Source: Octopus vulgaris
Lineage: Eukaryota
DNA length: 64,000 nt
Direction of reading: 5' to 3'
Assembly (NCBI GenBank): GCA_951406725.2
Contig: OX597820.1
Span: forward strand, 22,134,001 to 22,198,000
Within the stretch, counting starts at the first letter, position 1. Each line of letters begins with the position of its first letter. Below, one piece after another: positions 14,234 through 55,364 of the stretch. The notes beneath the pieces were generated by a model that was given only the letters and a program-made list of their open reading frames with translations, was not told the origin of the DNA and did no database searches. The position numbers were made by a program, and so were the translations under genes.

Positions 14234-14589
14234 TATACATATATATGTATGTGTGTGTGTGTGTGTATATATATCCGGGTATGGCCTGCTTTCTCCACCT
14301 GCTTCACAAAAAAAGCTATATCTCCTTTTCTGTGTGTGGCTAATAAATGAATGTCAGCTTGCACAAGTTTGTCTGTGTGATTAACAATGTCGCTATGCAA
14401 CCGGTTTAACTGGGTTTGTACTTGTTACACTTACCAATAATTTGGCATGGAATTTTAAAGGTAGAATACGTTGCATATTTCTGAAACCCGTCAGATATAG
14501 TTTTGATTGGGAGGGAGGGAGGGAGAGGCAGGTTAAGTTTTAAGTAAGCATATGTGTATGTATGTATGTATATGATCATATATCTCACA

Positions 14590-14984
14590 TCTCTATATAT
14601 ATATAAAGCTGAAGTTGTCTGTGTATGGCAGGTTTGGTAGCCTTCAACTAACACTATCTCCTCTGAGACCCTGCGGCACAAGTTGACCAAAATTGAGAGT
14701 ATGATAGAAGAAGGCTTGCTCTTCCTTCCGTAGAAGAAAAAATTCAAATCGGACCATGTTAACACCAAACATTATTTACATCAAAAAGGTGCTTTTTTTC
14801 TATGAAAATCCCTATTTTTTTACGATTTTTTGACTGCTGTGTCGCCATTTTTCGGTGTATTTAAACCGGAAAAATGTTCACTGAAAGAGAATAACAAGCT
14901 ACATAATGCAAAATTTTTACTTTTCAAAAATTCCAGTTCTAAAGGGTCGAAACAAACCCGAGCAACGCCAGGCGATACTGCTAG
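14590..14984 (+). mobile_element. Non-autonomous Helitron
   Basis: 5' TC, 3' GC-rich hairpin then CTAG, inserted between A and T with no duplication; second copy at 50579-50972. Confidence 0.87.
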
Positions 14985-15755
14985 TTTATGTAATATATAA
15001 TCAACTGTAACGTTAGCGGTTCGGCAAAGAAACCGATCGAATAGTGCTAGGCTTACAAAGAGTAAGTCTTGGGGCTGGTTTCTTTGACTAAACCCGGTTA
15101 AATGATTGGATAAAAGAACAAAATATCTATGTAGGTGTGTGTGTATGTATGTATCGAAAGACACCTGTTGTTATGTCCTGTTATTATATTTTTTATTGTA
15201 TTTGTTTTTATTGTATTTATATTTGTGTAACTTTGTCCGTTTTTCCGTCCTTGTTTTTGTATAGATTCGCTGCTTTCTTCCAAGGAATCTAATGCTCTTA
15301 GCTTAGTTTGTCCTTGTGGCGAACGTTGCATTGACTATGTTTTAGCTTCGTCACTACAGGAACTGACCGTGTTCTTATAGTGTGGGGGGGGAGGAGCAAC
15401 AATTCATTTGTAAAGATTTTTATAATAAATGCATGTATTGCATCATTTATACACCCACAAGTTAACTATGCTTATGCCTTGTTTTGTTATTCTTGTTTTG
15501 TTATTCAAAATGTTTTTCACAACCACATTGTTCCGTGATCAGTACCACTGCGCGACAGCTTACGTAAGTGTCTTCTACTATGGCCTGGGGTCGACCGAAG
15601 CCTTGTGAGTGCATATAGTAGGCGGAAACTGAAAGAAGCACGTCGTATGTGTGTATGTGCATTATATAATCACTCATATACACATATACATACAAACATA
15701 CCTACATTCATTCACAAAGTAGTATGTATACACACACACATATATATATATATAC

Positions 15756-15800
<45 letters not shown>

Positions 15801-15957
15801 TACGACGGGCTTCTTTCAGTTTCCGTCTACCAAATCCACTTGGTCGGCCCGAGGCTATAGTAGAAGACACTTGCCCAAGGTGCCACGCAGTGGACTGAAC
15901 CCGGAACCATGTGGTTGGTAAACAAGCTACTTACCACACAGCCACTCCTACGCCTAT

Positions 15958-16002
<45 letters not shown>

Positions 16003-16003
<1 letters not shown>

Positions 16004-17250
16004 GCTTTTTAGCCATGCGGCTGCAGTCTTACTGGAGCACAAACATTACCTTGTACCCTTTCCGAAACCTTCTTACGTGCTTGATTTAATCCGGATTGTG
16101 GGATCTCTTGCATGTGCTTTTCCCCCGATTTCTCGCCCATTTTTGCACGCGGGAGTTTGATACCGCTGCCCACGTCTGTACTTCATGCCGCGACGTTGTT
16201 TCATCTTGTATCGTGGAAAGGAAAATGTCCAGTTGCTTTTTGAAAACGTCCATATTATATAGGTTTCTTAATTCTTTCGGTAGAGCATTGAAGAGCTGTG
16301 GGCCTTTCAGTCAAAGCTACTACAGTACCTTAGTCCTTATTCTCGATGAAGTACCTTTGATACTACGCAATGGCGCCCAGTACGAGCAAAATTAGGCACT
16401 GGCCCTTTCAGAATTTTCCACATATAAATGATCACATCTGTCTCGCGTCTTTGCTCCAGGGAGTAAAGGCTTAGAGCTTTCGTATTCTCTCATTTGTTCA
16501 TCGGTTAAACTGTTGTGATGATTTTAGCGTTAAAACGCTTCAGGATCTTATTTCTTTATCGCCCACAAGGGGCTGAACATAGGACAAACACGGACAGACA
16601 AACTGATTAAGTCGATTATATCGACCCCAGTGCATAACTGGTACTTAATTTATCGTCCCCGAAAGGATGAAAGGCAAAGTCGACCTCGGCGGAATTTGAA
16701 CTCAGAACGTAACGGCAGACGAAATACCTATTTCTTTACTACCCACAAGTGGCTAAACATAGAGAGGACAAACAAGGACAGACAAACGGATTAAGTCGAT
16801 TACATCGACCCCAGTGCGTAACTGGTACTTAATTTAGCGACCCCGAAAAGATGAAAGGCAAAGTCGACCTCGGCGGAATTTGAACTCAGAACGTAACGGC
16901 AGACGAAATACCTATTTCTTTACTACCCACAAGGGGCTAAACATAGAGAGGACAAACAAGGACAGACAAACGGATTAAGTCGATTACATCGACCCCAGTG
17001 CGTAACTGGTACTTAATTTATCGACCCCGAAAGGATGAAAGGCAAAGTCGACCACAGCGGAATTTGAACTCAGAACGTAACGGCAGACGAAATACGGCTA
17101 CGCATTTCGCCCGGCGTGCTAACGTTTCTGCCAGCTCGCCGCCTTTTAGATCGCTTCAGGATCTACCATTAGTTTGGCATATGTGGCGACCACAGCTAAG
17201 GTTAGTAGTAGAGGCAGTTGAGAACAAAGGTCTTCCTCAGGGTCTACATT
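16003..17250 (-). mobile_element. CR1/L2-group LINE 3' relic split by a SINE trimer
   Basis: Minus strand LKGPQLFNALP...FKKQLDIFL and YSLEQRR; tail ctccagtaagactgcagccgcatggct. Confidence 0.72.
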
Positions 17251-17307
<57 letters not shown>

Positions 17308-17712
17308 TAGGCGTAGGCGTGGTTGTTTCGTAAGAAGCTTGCTACCCAACCACATAGTTCCGGGTTCAATCTCACTGCGTGTCACTTGCACAAGTGTCTC
17401 CTACTATAGCCTCAGTCCGACCACACTCTTTTAAGTGGATTTGATAGATGAAAGCCGAAAGAAGGCCCTGGTGTTCGTGTGTATGTGGATGTGTGTGTCC
17501 ACCACCATCGTTTGACAACTGGAGTTGGTGTGTTTCTGTCCCCGCATCTTAGCGATTCTCGGCAAAAGAGACCCGATGGAATAAGTACCAGGATGTAAGA
17601 ACCAGTACAAGAGTTGATTCATTCGACAAGAAATTCTTCGAAGGCGGCACTCCAGCTTTGCCACAGTCTAATGACTGAAACAAGTAAAAGATAAAAGATG
17701 GAAAGCAATATG

Positions 17713-17756
<44 letters not shown>

Positions 17757-18732
17757 CTTAACGGTTGGGCAAAGTGACCGAAAGAATGAATACTAGGCTT
17801 AAAAAAGTAAGTCCTGGAGTGGATCTGTTCGACTAAAACCCTTCAAGACTGTACCCCAGCATGACCACAGTCAACTGACCGAAACAAGTAAAAGAATCAT
17901 TTGGTGATTTGGTCAAGCAGAAATTAGATCAGTTTTTGTAATTTGGAGTCGGATTGCGGATGGCACCTATCTTCTCTTGTAGGCACAAGTTACATGTCTG
18001 TCATAAATTCTTTAAAAGCTACTATCTTATTTAACGTCGCCCACGCTGGTGATCTCAAATTTACTTACTGAGCTGCAAATGTACTCTGAAAGTCCTGGGT
18101 CATTTTCCAGATGACAACTACAGAACGACTTGTTATCCTGATCCAGGGTAACAGGATAACAAATCAATGCACTGGAGCCTATTATATTCATTTATTGAGA
18201 GCAAGCGGCAACTTACATAGATCAAAATTGAGACCCTAGACTTGTGAGGTCCCCGAGAAAATTGCCCAGTGTGTCCCCATATCTTAAGACAGCATTAAAC
18301 ATCAGCCGATTGTATAATTGTTTTTCTCCAAGTATTTGCCCTTTAGGATGCAAATCTCTGCTTCTGTTTCAGCTACGTGGCCCGAGTGCTTGCAGCAAAA
18401 TACACTCGTGACCGAATTAGTGATGTTAATTAGGCAGGACAATGAATTCAGTGTACGACTAGCATATATATGCATATATATTTTTTTTTCGCCCTTTTAA
18501 AGCTTAGCCAGGCTCATGGGCCCGGTTTCCCGGTTTCAATGGCGTATGTGTTCCCCAGCTGGACGGGACGCCAGTCCATCGCAGCGTTACTCATCTTTGC
18601 CAGCTGAGTGGACTGGAGTCAACGTGAAATGAAGTGTTTTGCTCAAGAACACAACGCGTCGCCCGGTCCAGGAATCGAAACCACAATCTTACGATCATGA
18701 TGCTGACACCCTAACCACTAAACTACGCGCCT

Positions 18733-18809
<77 letters not shown>

Positions 18810-18812
<3 letters not shown>

Positions 18813-19035
18813 ACTATGTGTGATTGGGGGTGGCGAAACCCATATATTGTAACAGGTAAAAATTAAACCTCTTAATGGTGTAAGAAGCGTGCAATATATA
18901 CACATTGACAGGGGAGATAACCGCCCTGTGTCAGTGTATATATATATATTGCGCGCTTCTTACAGCATTAAGAGTTTTTAACTCTTATTCCTTGCAATAT
19001 ATGGGTTTCGCAGCCCTCAGTCACGATTAGTGTCA

Positions 19036-19036
<1 letters not shown>
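18810..19036. repeat. Diverged fold-back of about 100 bp arms between (TA)n and (TG)n
   Basis: gcgaaacccatatattg...ctcttaatggtgtaagaagcgtgcaatata is mirrored by tatattgcgcgcttcttacagcattaagag...caatatatgggtttcgc. Confidence 0.75.
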
Positions 19037-19123
<87 letters not shown>

Positions 19124-19246
19124 ATGCAGGAGAAGGTAATCGTAGCTGTATAAATGTAGACGTGTCTGTGTGTGTATATGTGTGATGTACGTGTATGTGT
19201 GAGTGTGCATGTGTGTATAAATGTCTGTGTGTAAATATAGATTTGG

Positions 19247-19279
<33 letters not shown>

Positions 19280-19566
19280 GCTACGTATTATATCATAGCA
19301 ACTGCAATCACAAAGAAAAAGATTTTAAAAAAAAACTCTTGTCAATATAATTATCTCACTGATTGTAATTTGCTAAATTTTCATTGGCTGTCGGTGTTTT
19401 TTTTTTTTTTCATTGAAAACTTGTCTTTTTTTTTCTTCTGCTCTTTCTCGTTTTATCTTGTTTGTTTTGAATTTTCTTTCACTTTCATCTCTTTCATTCT
19501 TTCTTTCTTTCTTTCTATGTTTTTTTTTAGATATCTCCTGGCGAAGAAAACGCAGTTTTACCAAAG

Positions 19567-47337
<27,771 letters not shown>

Positions 47338-47850
47338 TTCCACATTGGAAGCATTCGTCAAAACATTATACAGCAATTTTCTTAAAATTAGTTTATCATT
47401 TAAACTATTGAATGATTATTGCTGCTGACAAAAATAAGAATCTACAACATTGCGCAAATTTAAATTCATTTTCATAATTCAGCACTTAGTGTCTTCCATA
47501 TATGATAACGCAACTCCTTATTGAGGAGATTGTAATACAAATATAAAATTTTAAATAAACCATTTACAATATTATTCAAATTTCAATTAATTTTCAGTCA
47601 TTTGTGTCTTCCATATACAACGCAATCCTTTGTCAAAGGGATTGAAAAATATGCAAAATTTAAAATAATATTAATAATAAGCATTAAAAAAAACTGAAAT
47701 TATCATTAATTTCCCAAGAGACGTTAAATTACGTTTGAATGTATGAATATCGTCCATGCGTGAATACATGAATGGTTGAATGGATATATAAATTAAATAA
47801 AATAGTGTTCAATATTTAATGTTTTCATAAAACTGATTAATAAAAAAAAA
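47338..47850 (+). promoter_or_regulatory. Probable 3' UTR with candidate polyadenylation signals
   Basis: TE-free AU-rich stretch after the stop; AATAAA at 47554, 47796 and 47839. Which one is used cannot be told. Confidence 0.55.
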
Positions 47851-50578
47851 GTTGAGAAAAGAGAACTACGTCAACATTACAAAAACAGAGCTGGATAAGG
47901 TCGTGAATTATGATGAAAGGACATTGACAAACCTAGTTGATTGACTAGCCGAACGATTAATCAAAAAATCGATTAATTAACTGGTGGAATGGTTAACCAA
48001 TTAAACAAAAAATAATAAAGAAGTGAAATAAAACCAGTGTGTGTGTGCTTATCATTGGCATAATGACCCTCCCGAGGTACACCAAAATTTGTCTCAACAC
48101 ACGAATTCACAAGCTAAATACAAAAACGAAAGGTTCATTATCGTTTTTAATAAACAAACATTTTCCATCATTTGCATTTTTGTTTGTTTTTACTCTTTAC
48201 TCTTTTTACTTGTTTCAGACAATTGACTGTAGCCATGCTGGAGCACCGCCTTTAGTCGAGCAAATCGACCCCAGGACTTATTCTTTGTAAGCCTAGAACT
48301 TACTCTATCGGTCTCTTTTGCCGAACCGCTAAGTTACGGATATGTAAACACACTAGCATCGGTTGTCAAGCGATGTTGTGGGGGGGGGGGGGCAAACACA
48401 GACACACAAACATATACATACACATACATATATACATATATATACATATATACGACGGGCTTCTTTCAGTTTCCGTCTATCAAATCCATTCACAAGGCTT
48501 TGGTCGGCCTGAGGCTATAGTAGAAGACACTTGCCCAAGGTGCCAGGCAGTGGGACTGAACCCAGAACCATGTGGTTCGTAAGCAAGCTACTTACCACAC
48601 AACCACTCCTACGCCTATTTTTCGTCATTCTTTAAAAAATTTCATTTTCCGTGGCAGTAATTCTGCCAAAATTTTAAGGCGTTGAGCTGACAGAATCGAT
48701 ATCGCGTCAGAAAAAAAATGCTTAGTAGTATTTCTTCCGACTTTGCGACCTGAGTTCAAATGCCGCAGGGTTTACTTTGCCTTTCATCCTTTCAGGGGCG
48801 ATAAAATAAGTACGGGTTGGACACTGGGATCAATGTAATCGATTTATCGCATTCCTCTAAATTACTGCCCTTGTACCAATATTTTACCTTTCCTAATGCA
48901 AACACGAAGATATGACTGAGCCACCGAGTAAGTCACTCCCCATTCACACCTAAATCTCCTCCAATCGTATTCTACTGCACAGGTTTCCTAAACTTACCCC
49001 TTTAGTGACATAACATACTTTTTAAAGATAAGTTGTTCTTTTTCGTGACGCCTTAATTTTGTTATCAATTCAGTATCCTATTGTCAAGCGCCATACCGTG
49101 TCTAATTGCTCACAGATGTATCAGGTCTCATACACTTAACAACTAAAATGTGGTTAAAATTTATCAGAATTGATTTAGTTTCGTAACGCACATAGAGATT
49201 ATTGGCGACACACCAAGGTGACGTGACATATAAATTGGAAACTAGTGTCTTAAAATAAAAATGACGCATTTAACCTTCTAGTCCCAGAAATTTCTGGCGC
49301 TCCATCGGTTACTTAATCCGTTTGTCTGTCCCCTCTGTTTGTTTGCCCCTTGTGTGCAATAAAGAAATAAGACTGGTCCTTTGAATTACAGGTACAACTC
49401 ATTTTTGCCAGGTAAATGGACTGGAACAACGTGAAATAAAGAAACCTGCTCAAGGACACAAGCGCCATCGGTAATTGAACTCATGACCTAACGACTGTGA
49501 GCCGACTACCATGGCCACTAAGCCACGTGCCTTCACAAGTTTAAGAAGTATTAAAAGATGCGATAATCCTGACTGGGAGGCATTGTCCAAATGAACGCAT
49601 GTTCAATTTGGATTGATTTGGACTAAACAAGCAATAATACATGGGGTATTTTCAGGGTAGATAAAATAAATACCAGATGTAACCGACTTAACACCTTCCT
49701 TGAATCTGCTGGCCTTTTGCCAAAATTTGGAACCAATTTGGGACCAAAATTTGGAACCGATAATGTAGTGTCGTAGCTAGAGTATGTGTCATTCAAAGCA
49801 GCCCTTCGGTTTGCTGCCCTTGCTTTGTGCATTCCCAATCCCTATACAACTTTATACAGCAGACCTAAAAGTGCTGTAAAAATGATGCCCCGTTGTCCCT
49901 TGGCCACGCTAATGAGATAATAGCTAGAAGCTCGATCCATCTTTCGTAAATTCTTTAAAATCTACATGGAATTACACACTACAGTCTTGTCCTATATGTT
50001 TTAATTATTTCAGTTATCGGACTGTGGCCACTGATATTATTATAAACAAAAATACCCAACTAAGATATTGTATATTCTTTTGAGCTTGAATTTCGGCAGC
50101 TGAGTTTGAGTATCCTTCTGTTCGTAAGAATATAACTATTGTATTAAATAAATTTACAAATCTTTCCAAGCAGTTGCCTTTGGATAGCCAACGGACAGCG
50201 ATATGCAAAAGAAGCCTTATGTATTGTTCGTCAGCATCAGCACAAAATTTTCGAAGAAGACAGTCGCATTTATTGTTAGATTTAAATTTTGTTTATTATT
50301 TTTATAACTGTTCAATGACTGGTTTAGAAAATTGCTTATATTTTTGGCCACAAGGTTATGCCTGTGTAGCCCACAGTGTATAACTAGAATTTCGGGGCAC
50401 AACTTTTTTAAATGAAAAATAAATCCTATTCTTTGTGTCTTCCAGCCATAGATATTGCACCATCTGTAGTACATGAAACTAAATTTCCATAATATGGAAT
50501 TTCTTTTTCTTCATAAAACGTTTTCACTGCAGAAAATATAGAAGCGCCCGTTGTGTCATTCTCCAACAGTTTTACAAA

Positions 50579-50972
50579 TCTCTCTATATATAAAGCTGAA
50601 GTTGTCTGTGTATGGCAAGTTTGATAGCCTTCAACTAACACTATCTCCTCCGAGACACTGCCGCGAAAGTTGACCAGAATTGAGAGTATGATAGAAGAAA
50701 GCTTGCTCTTCATTCTATAGAAGATAAGATTCAAATCGGACCATGTTACCACCAAAAATTATTTACATCAAAAAGGTGCTTTTTTTTTCTATGAAAATCC
50801 CTATTTTTTACGATTCTTTGACTGCTGTGTCGCCATTTTTCGATGTATTTCAACCAGAAAAATGTTCATTTAAAGAGAATAACAAGCTACATAATGCAAC
50901 ATTTTTACTTTACAAAAATTCCAATTCTAAAGGGTCGAAACAAACCCCAGCAACTCCGGGCGATACAACTAG
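50579..50972 (+). mobile_element. Non-autonomous Helitron inserted in a Buster transposase
   Basis: Same family as 14590-14984; removing it restores the minus-strand frame EYLL-FVKLL. Confidence 0.9.
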
Positions 50973-51634
50973 TAATAAATATTCTTGTAATGCACAGTTT
51001 CTATCAAAATAGCGTACATATACCATTAAAAGGGTCTTGATGTCAATAACTGTGCTTTTGTCAATTTGAATAGAAAAATTCGTTGTTTTCAATCTTTGAA
51101 TTAGTACATCTTCGATATGACCTGACATTTCATCAATTATCCTACGGATAGAATCATTGCTCAACGGTAGAGCTTTAATGATAGATGAAGGATCTTGATT
51201 CATAACTTCTGATATTACTGCTTCTGCTGCATAAACAATAATCTTTTCATCTACCGTATGTGCACTACCTGTTTTTGCAATAATTTCTGCAATTTTGTAG
51301 GCAGCAATCAGTCCACCGTCATTAATTTTTGTCTGTTTCTTAAAAAATGATTTAACAGTACTCCGATTTTCAAAATCAGTTTTCAATCCCTCAAAATATT
51401 TAATAGGCTTGCCGACTTTTTCAGGGTGTTTTCTTTTCATGTGGTCAGAGATTCGAGAATGCTTCATTGTTTTATTGGACAAAGATTCATGACACATCAT
51501 ACAAAAGGGCTGTAGAGTTCTTGATAAAGCTATATTGTAAGTACTCATCGATATACTCTCAACACTTTGTTTTCGCCGAGCCTACCATAAAAAGTGGGTG
51601 AGAATGAATGTAAATTAGTAAACACTAAACTGAC

Positions 51635-52256
51635 TATTATAATAATAATAATGCTGAAATTATTGTATACAGTGCTCAGGTGCACCACAACTTGTCAAAA
51701 GTGCGTATAAAGCATATGTAGTAATGTGCAAATGTCTGGAAAGTGAACAGTGTATGAGTCAGATACATGCTTGCGTGTGTATGGAGGGGAGAAAATCAGG
51801 TGTAGTGTTGGCGAATCTCAGGAAGCATGGAAGTTTTGAAGAATGCAGTGCTCCGACAACTGATGCCGGCAGTTTGTTCCATACTTCAGCAACTCTTAGC
51901 GTGAAAAAGTGTTTCCGAAAGTCATGGGAGCTGTGCTGTTTTCTGACTGTGTAAACATGTCCACGGGTGTTAGACAGGTGGAGTTTGAAAAGGTGCTCAG
52001 AGTTATTGTTAGTAAGATGGTTAATAATTTTATGGGTGTCTGCCAAGTCAGCTGCCATACGTCGGAGTTTCAATGTATCCATGCTCAGGAAAGTAAGACG
52101 TTCAGAATATGGCAAATGCCTAATGGAGGGTATTCTCTTGGTTGCACGTCGCTGAACGGTTTCCTGACCAAGATAGGGGTTCCAGACCGGTGATGCAAAT
52201 TCCAGGTGAGGTCGCACCATAGCTATATAAAGCCACAGATAGATAGCCGGGTCCAA
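51635..52256 (-). mobile_element. CR1-like LINE 3' fragment inside the second Buster element
   Basis: LYIAMVRPHLEFASPVWNPY...VQRRATK...YSERL...TRGH...FFTLRVAEVWNKLP; short (TTA)n tail. Confidence 0.85.
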
Positions 52257-53592
52257 CGATTAAGTCAGAAAACGTCAAATTCAGACAAGCGCCGTGTATT
52301 CAACGTATCACGCATCCCATCGGCCAGTGTCATAGGAACAAAGGAAAGAAATTCAGTGATGAATGAATCATTATAAATCGTTGGACTAAATCGGGGAAGA
52401 TAACGCATTTTTTGAATCGCATAGTTACTGAATTTGAATTAAGAAAAAAGAGTTGGTTTTACGGCTTGACTGCAGTTACTGAGAAGAGCCCTTGTTATCA
52501 TGATGCACAGGATGCGTGATTGCCTGTTGTGAGTACATATTTCTTTACTACCCACAAGAGGCTAAACACAGAGGGGACAAACAAGGACAGACAAAGGAAT
52601 TAAGTCGATTACATTGACCCCAGTGCGTAACTGGTACTTAATTTATCGAACCCGAAAGGATGAAAGGCAAAGTCTACCTCGGCGGAATTTGAACTCAGAA
52701 CATAACGGCAGACGAAATACGGCTACGCATTTCGCCCGACGTGCTAACGATTCTGCCAGCTCACCGCCTTGCCTGTTGTGAGTACAGTCGCTGATCGAAG
52801 ACTGCATTCATCACCCACCAAAATTTGATTTTCGCCCCCAAGGGTACAATTTGCCCCCGATTGAGAACCACTGCTCTAAAGCATACAGCAGTAATGTATT
52901 TATAAGTAGTTAAGTCTATATCCGGACTTAGGGGGACCAATGGTTTCACATCCACAAATGCCTCAGCCCTGTGAACTTCTCGTCACCAGGCTAAGCATTT
53001 GTCACTCTATAACCGGAAATAGAGTCAACTACTTATAAATGTGTGTGTGTGTGTGTGTGTGTGTGAGACAGAGAGAGAGAGAGAGCATACACCCATTTGT
53101 ACATATTTGTGATGCAGACATACACAGACAATAGACGTGAGCTGCACTTGTATTCTTCACACGGACGACTATTTATAGAATATGTGGTGAATACTGCCTC
53201 TAACATTAACGCCATGGCTATCGAGCTTGTCTTTGGCGATTTTCGTCTCAAAGTCTTATACCTAAAGGAGGAGGAGAGGGGAGGAGGAGGAATGGAGGAG
53301 GGGGGACGACGACGACGACGACAACAACAAAAACAACAGCAGCGGCGGCAGCAGCAAGATCCAAGAAGGAACAACATGGAGAAAGGTGAGCCGAATCAAA
53401 TAAGCAACTATGATTGGACAGATTTTTGATGACACGCTTGCTATTGAACGCCGGGAAGATAAAGCCGATGCTTTTGTTGATTTTTATGAATAGAAGAAAC
53501 GAGACTGAGAAGGACTTCGTCCGGAGATAAAATATTTCACATAAAAACGATTAGCAGCAGCAGTAACACAAGCAGCAGCAGCAGCAGGACTG

Positions 53593-53636
<44 letters not shown>

Positions 53637-53641
<5 letters not shown>

Positions 53642-53824
53642 ATATAGAAGGAGCTTCTACAGGACTAGAAATGAACAGATTAAAAGATGCTTCCTGAAGA
53701 TTTCTCTTGAATGAAACAGTTCTAGTGCTGTAGAAGCTCCTTCTATATAATAAATTAATTTTACTCTGCTATGTATTGAGTACCTTATTTACTGTGGTTA
53801 ACCCCGAATCAACCCGGGACCTAC
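53637..53824. repeat. Fold-back element in (TA)n with hammerhead-like loop, right tail
   Basis: Arms 53637-53670 and 53720-53753; loop has CTGAAGA (53694) - TTC/GAA stem - GAAA (53713) - CAGTT. Confidence 0.78.
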
Positions 53825-53996
53825 ATATATATATATATATATATATGGTAAATTATTTTAATTACATCAGTTATATTTAGACTAACTACAGATATAATTG
53901 TTTTTCTTTAATTACATAGCTACAAATTGGAGACATTTCTACTCTTGTTTGCTAAGGTTCCATTTGAAATAAATAAATATATAGAGTTCTTTTAAT

Positions 53997-54146
<150 letters not shown>

Positions 54147-54242
54147 CGGGAAGCTTTATGAAAATAAACAAAAGACGAAGGCAGGTGGAATACAAACAAA
54201 CAATTGTATTAGTATGGCGCTCAGGAATATAAATATAACAAG

Positions 54243-54280
54243 TCTTTTACGTTTCGAGCCTACGCTCTTCAACAGAAAGA
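54243..54280 (-). ncRNA. Minimal hammerhead-like motif, atypical core
   Basis: Minus strand: TCTTT-CTGTTGA-A-GAGC-gtag-GCTC-GAAA-CG-TA-AAAGA; helix I 5 bp, palindromic ACGT. Confidence 0.58.
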
Positions 54281-54284
54281 TATA

Positions 54285-54341
<57 letters not shown>

Positions 54342-54799
54342 ATGTGTGGTGGTGGTTAGGGATGATGGTGAGAGTATGTGATGTGAAAGAAAGTGGTGAT
54401 GGTGGAGAGGGGAAGGCGACGAAGTCAAAGGTATTGATGGCAGTATATGGCATTAGTGGTGGCGATCGTGGTGGTGGTGGTGATACTGGTGATGGTGATG
54501 TTTGAAAACAATCAACAGAACAAAATGAGTGAAAAAGAAAGAGGTTAGATAGAAAAGAAATTGTACTGACCCCACCGAATAGGAGGCCAAAAAATGTTGT
54601 TTATCATGCAACTTTGCAATAAGTTCCAAGTCGACAAATTGAATCATTGTTTTGATGAAAATTGTTCATTGCTTGGAAAATATTGATCAGGTTTAATAAA
54701 ATTTAATATGTACTCAACTTATGAAGTGTCATTATTGGGCCCAAATCCTAATGAAGAGCCCTCCACATCGGCCGGCTTTTAAGCTAGTACATATATATA

Positions 54800-54967
<168 letters not shown>

Positions 54968-55252
54968 CATATAAATAATAAATGCGCCCTTTTAAAGCCT
55001 AGCCAGGCTCATGGGCCCAGTTTCCCGGTTTCAATGGCGTATGGGTTCCCCAGCTGGACGGAACGCCTGTCCATCGCAGCGTTAGTCATTTTTGCCAGCT
55101 GAGTTGACTGAGACAACGTGAAATGAAGTGTTTTACTCAAGAACACAACGCGTCGCCCGCTCCAGGAGTCGAAACCACAATCTTACGATCATGATTGCTT
55201 ACACCCTAACCACTAAGCCACGTGCCTCCACTACATATATATATATGTGTGT

Positions 55253-55318
<66 letters not shown>

Positions 55319-55322
55319 GTAT

Positions 55323-55362
<40 letters not shown>

Positions 55363-55364
55363 AA

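Larger units (their letters stand above)
50014..52873 (-). mobile_element. Second degenerate Buster-type hAT transposon with nested Helitron, LINE and SINE
   Basis: CMMCHESLSN...HPE, AHTV.E, LPLSNDSIRR.IDEM, FSIQID.ST, LMVYVRY, CTTDGA, VRWLSKG; terminus CAGTGGTTCTCAA at 52873 next to ctctaaag. Confidence 0.85.

Noticed and set aside
16547-17145. CRISPR-like array
   Set aside because: The units are 184 bp SINE segments without unique spacers, in a eukaryotic context.
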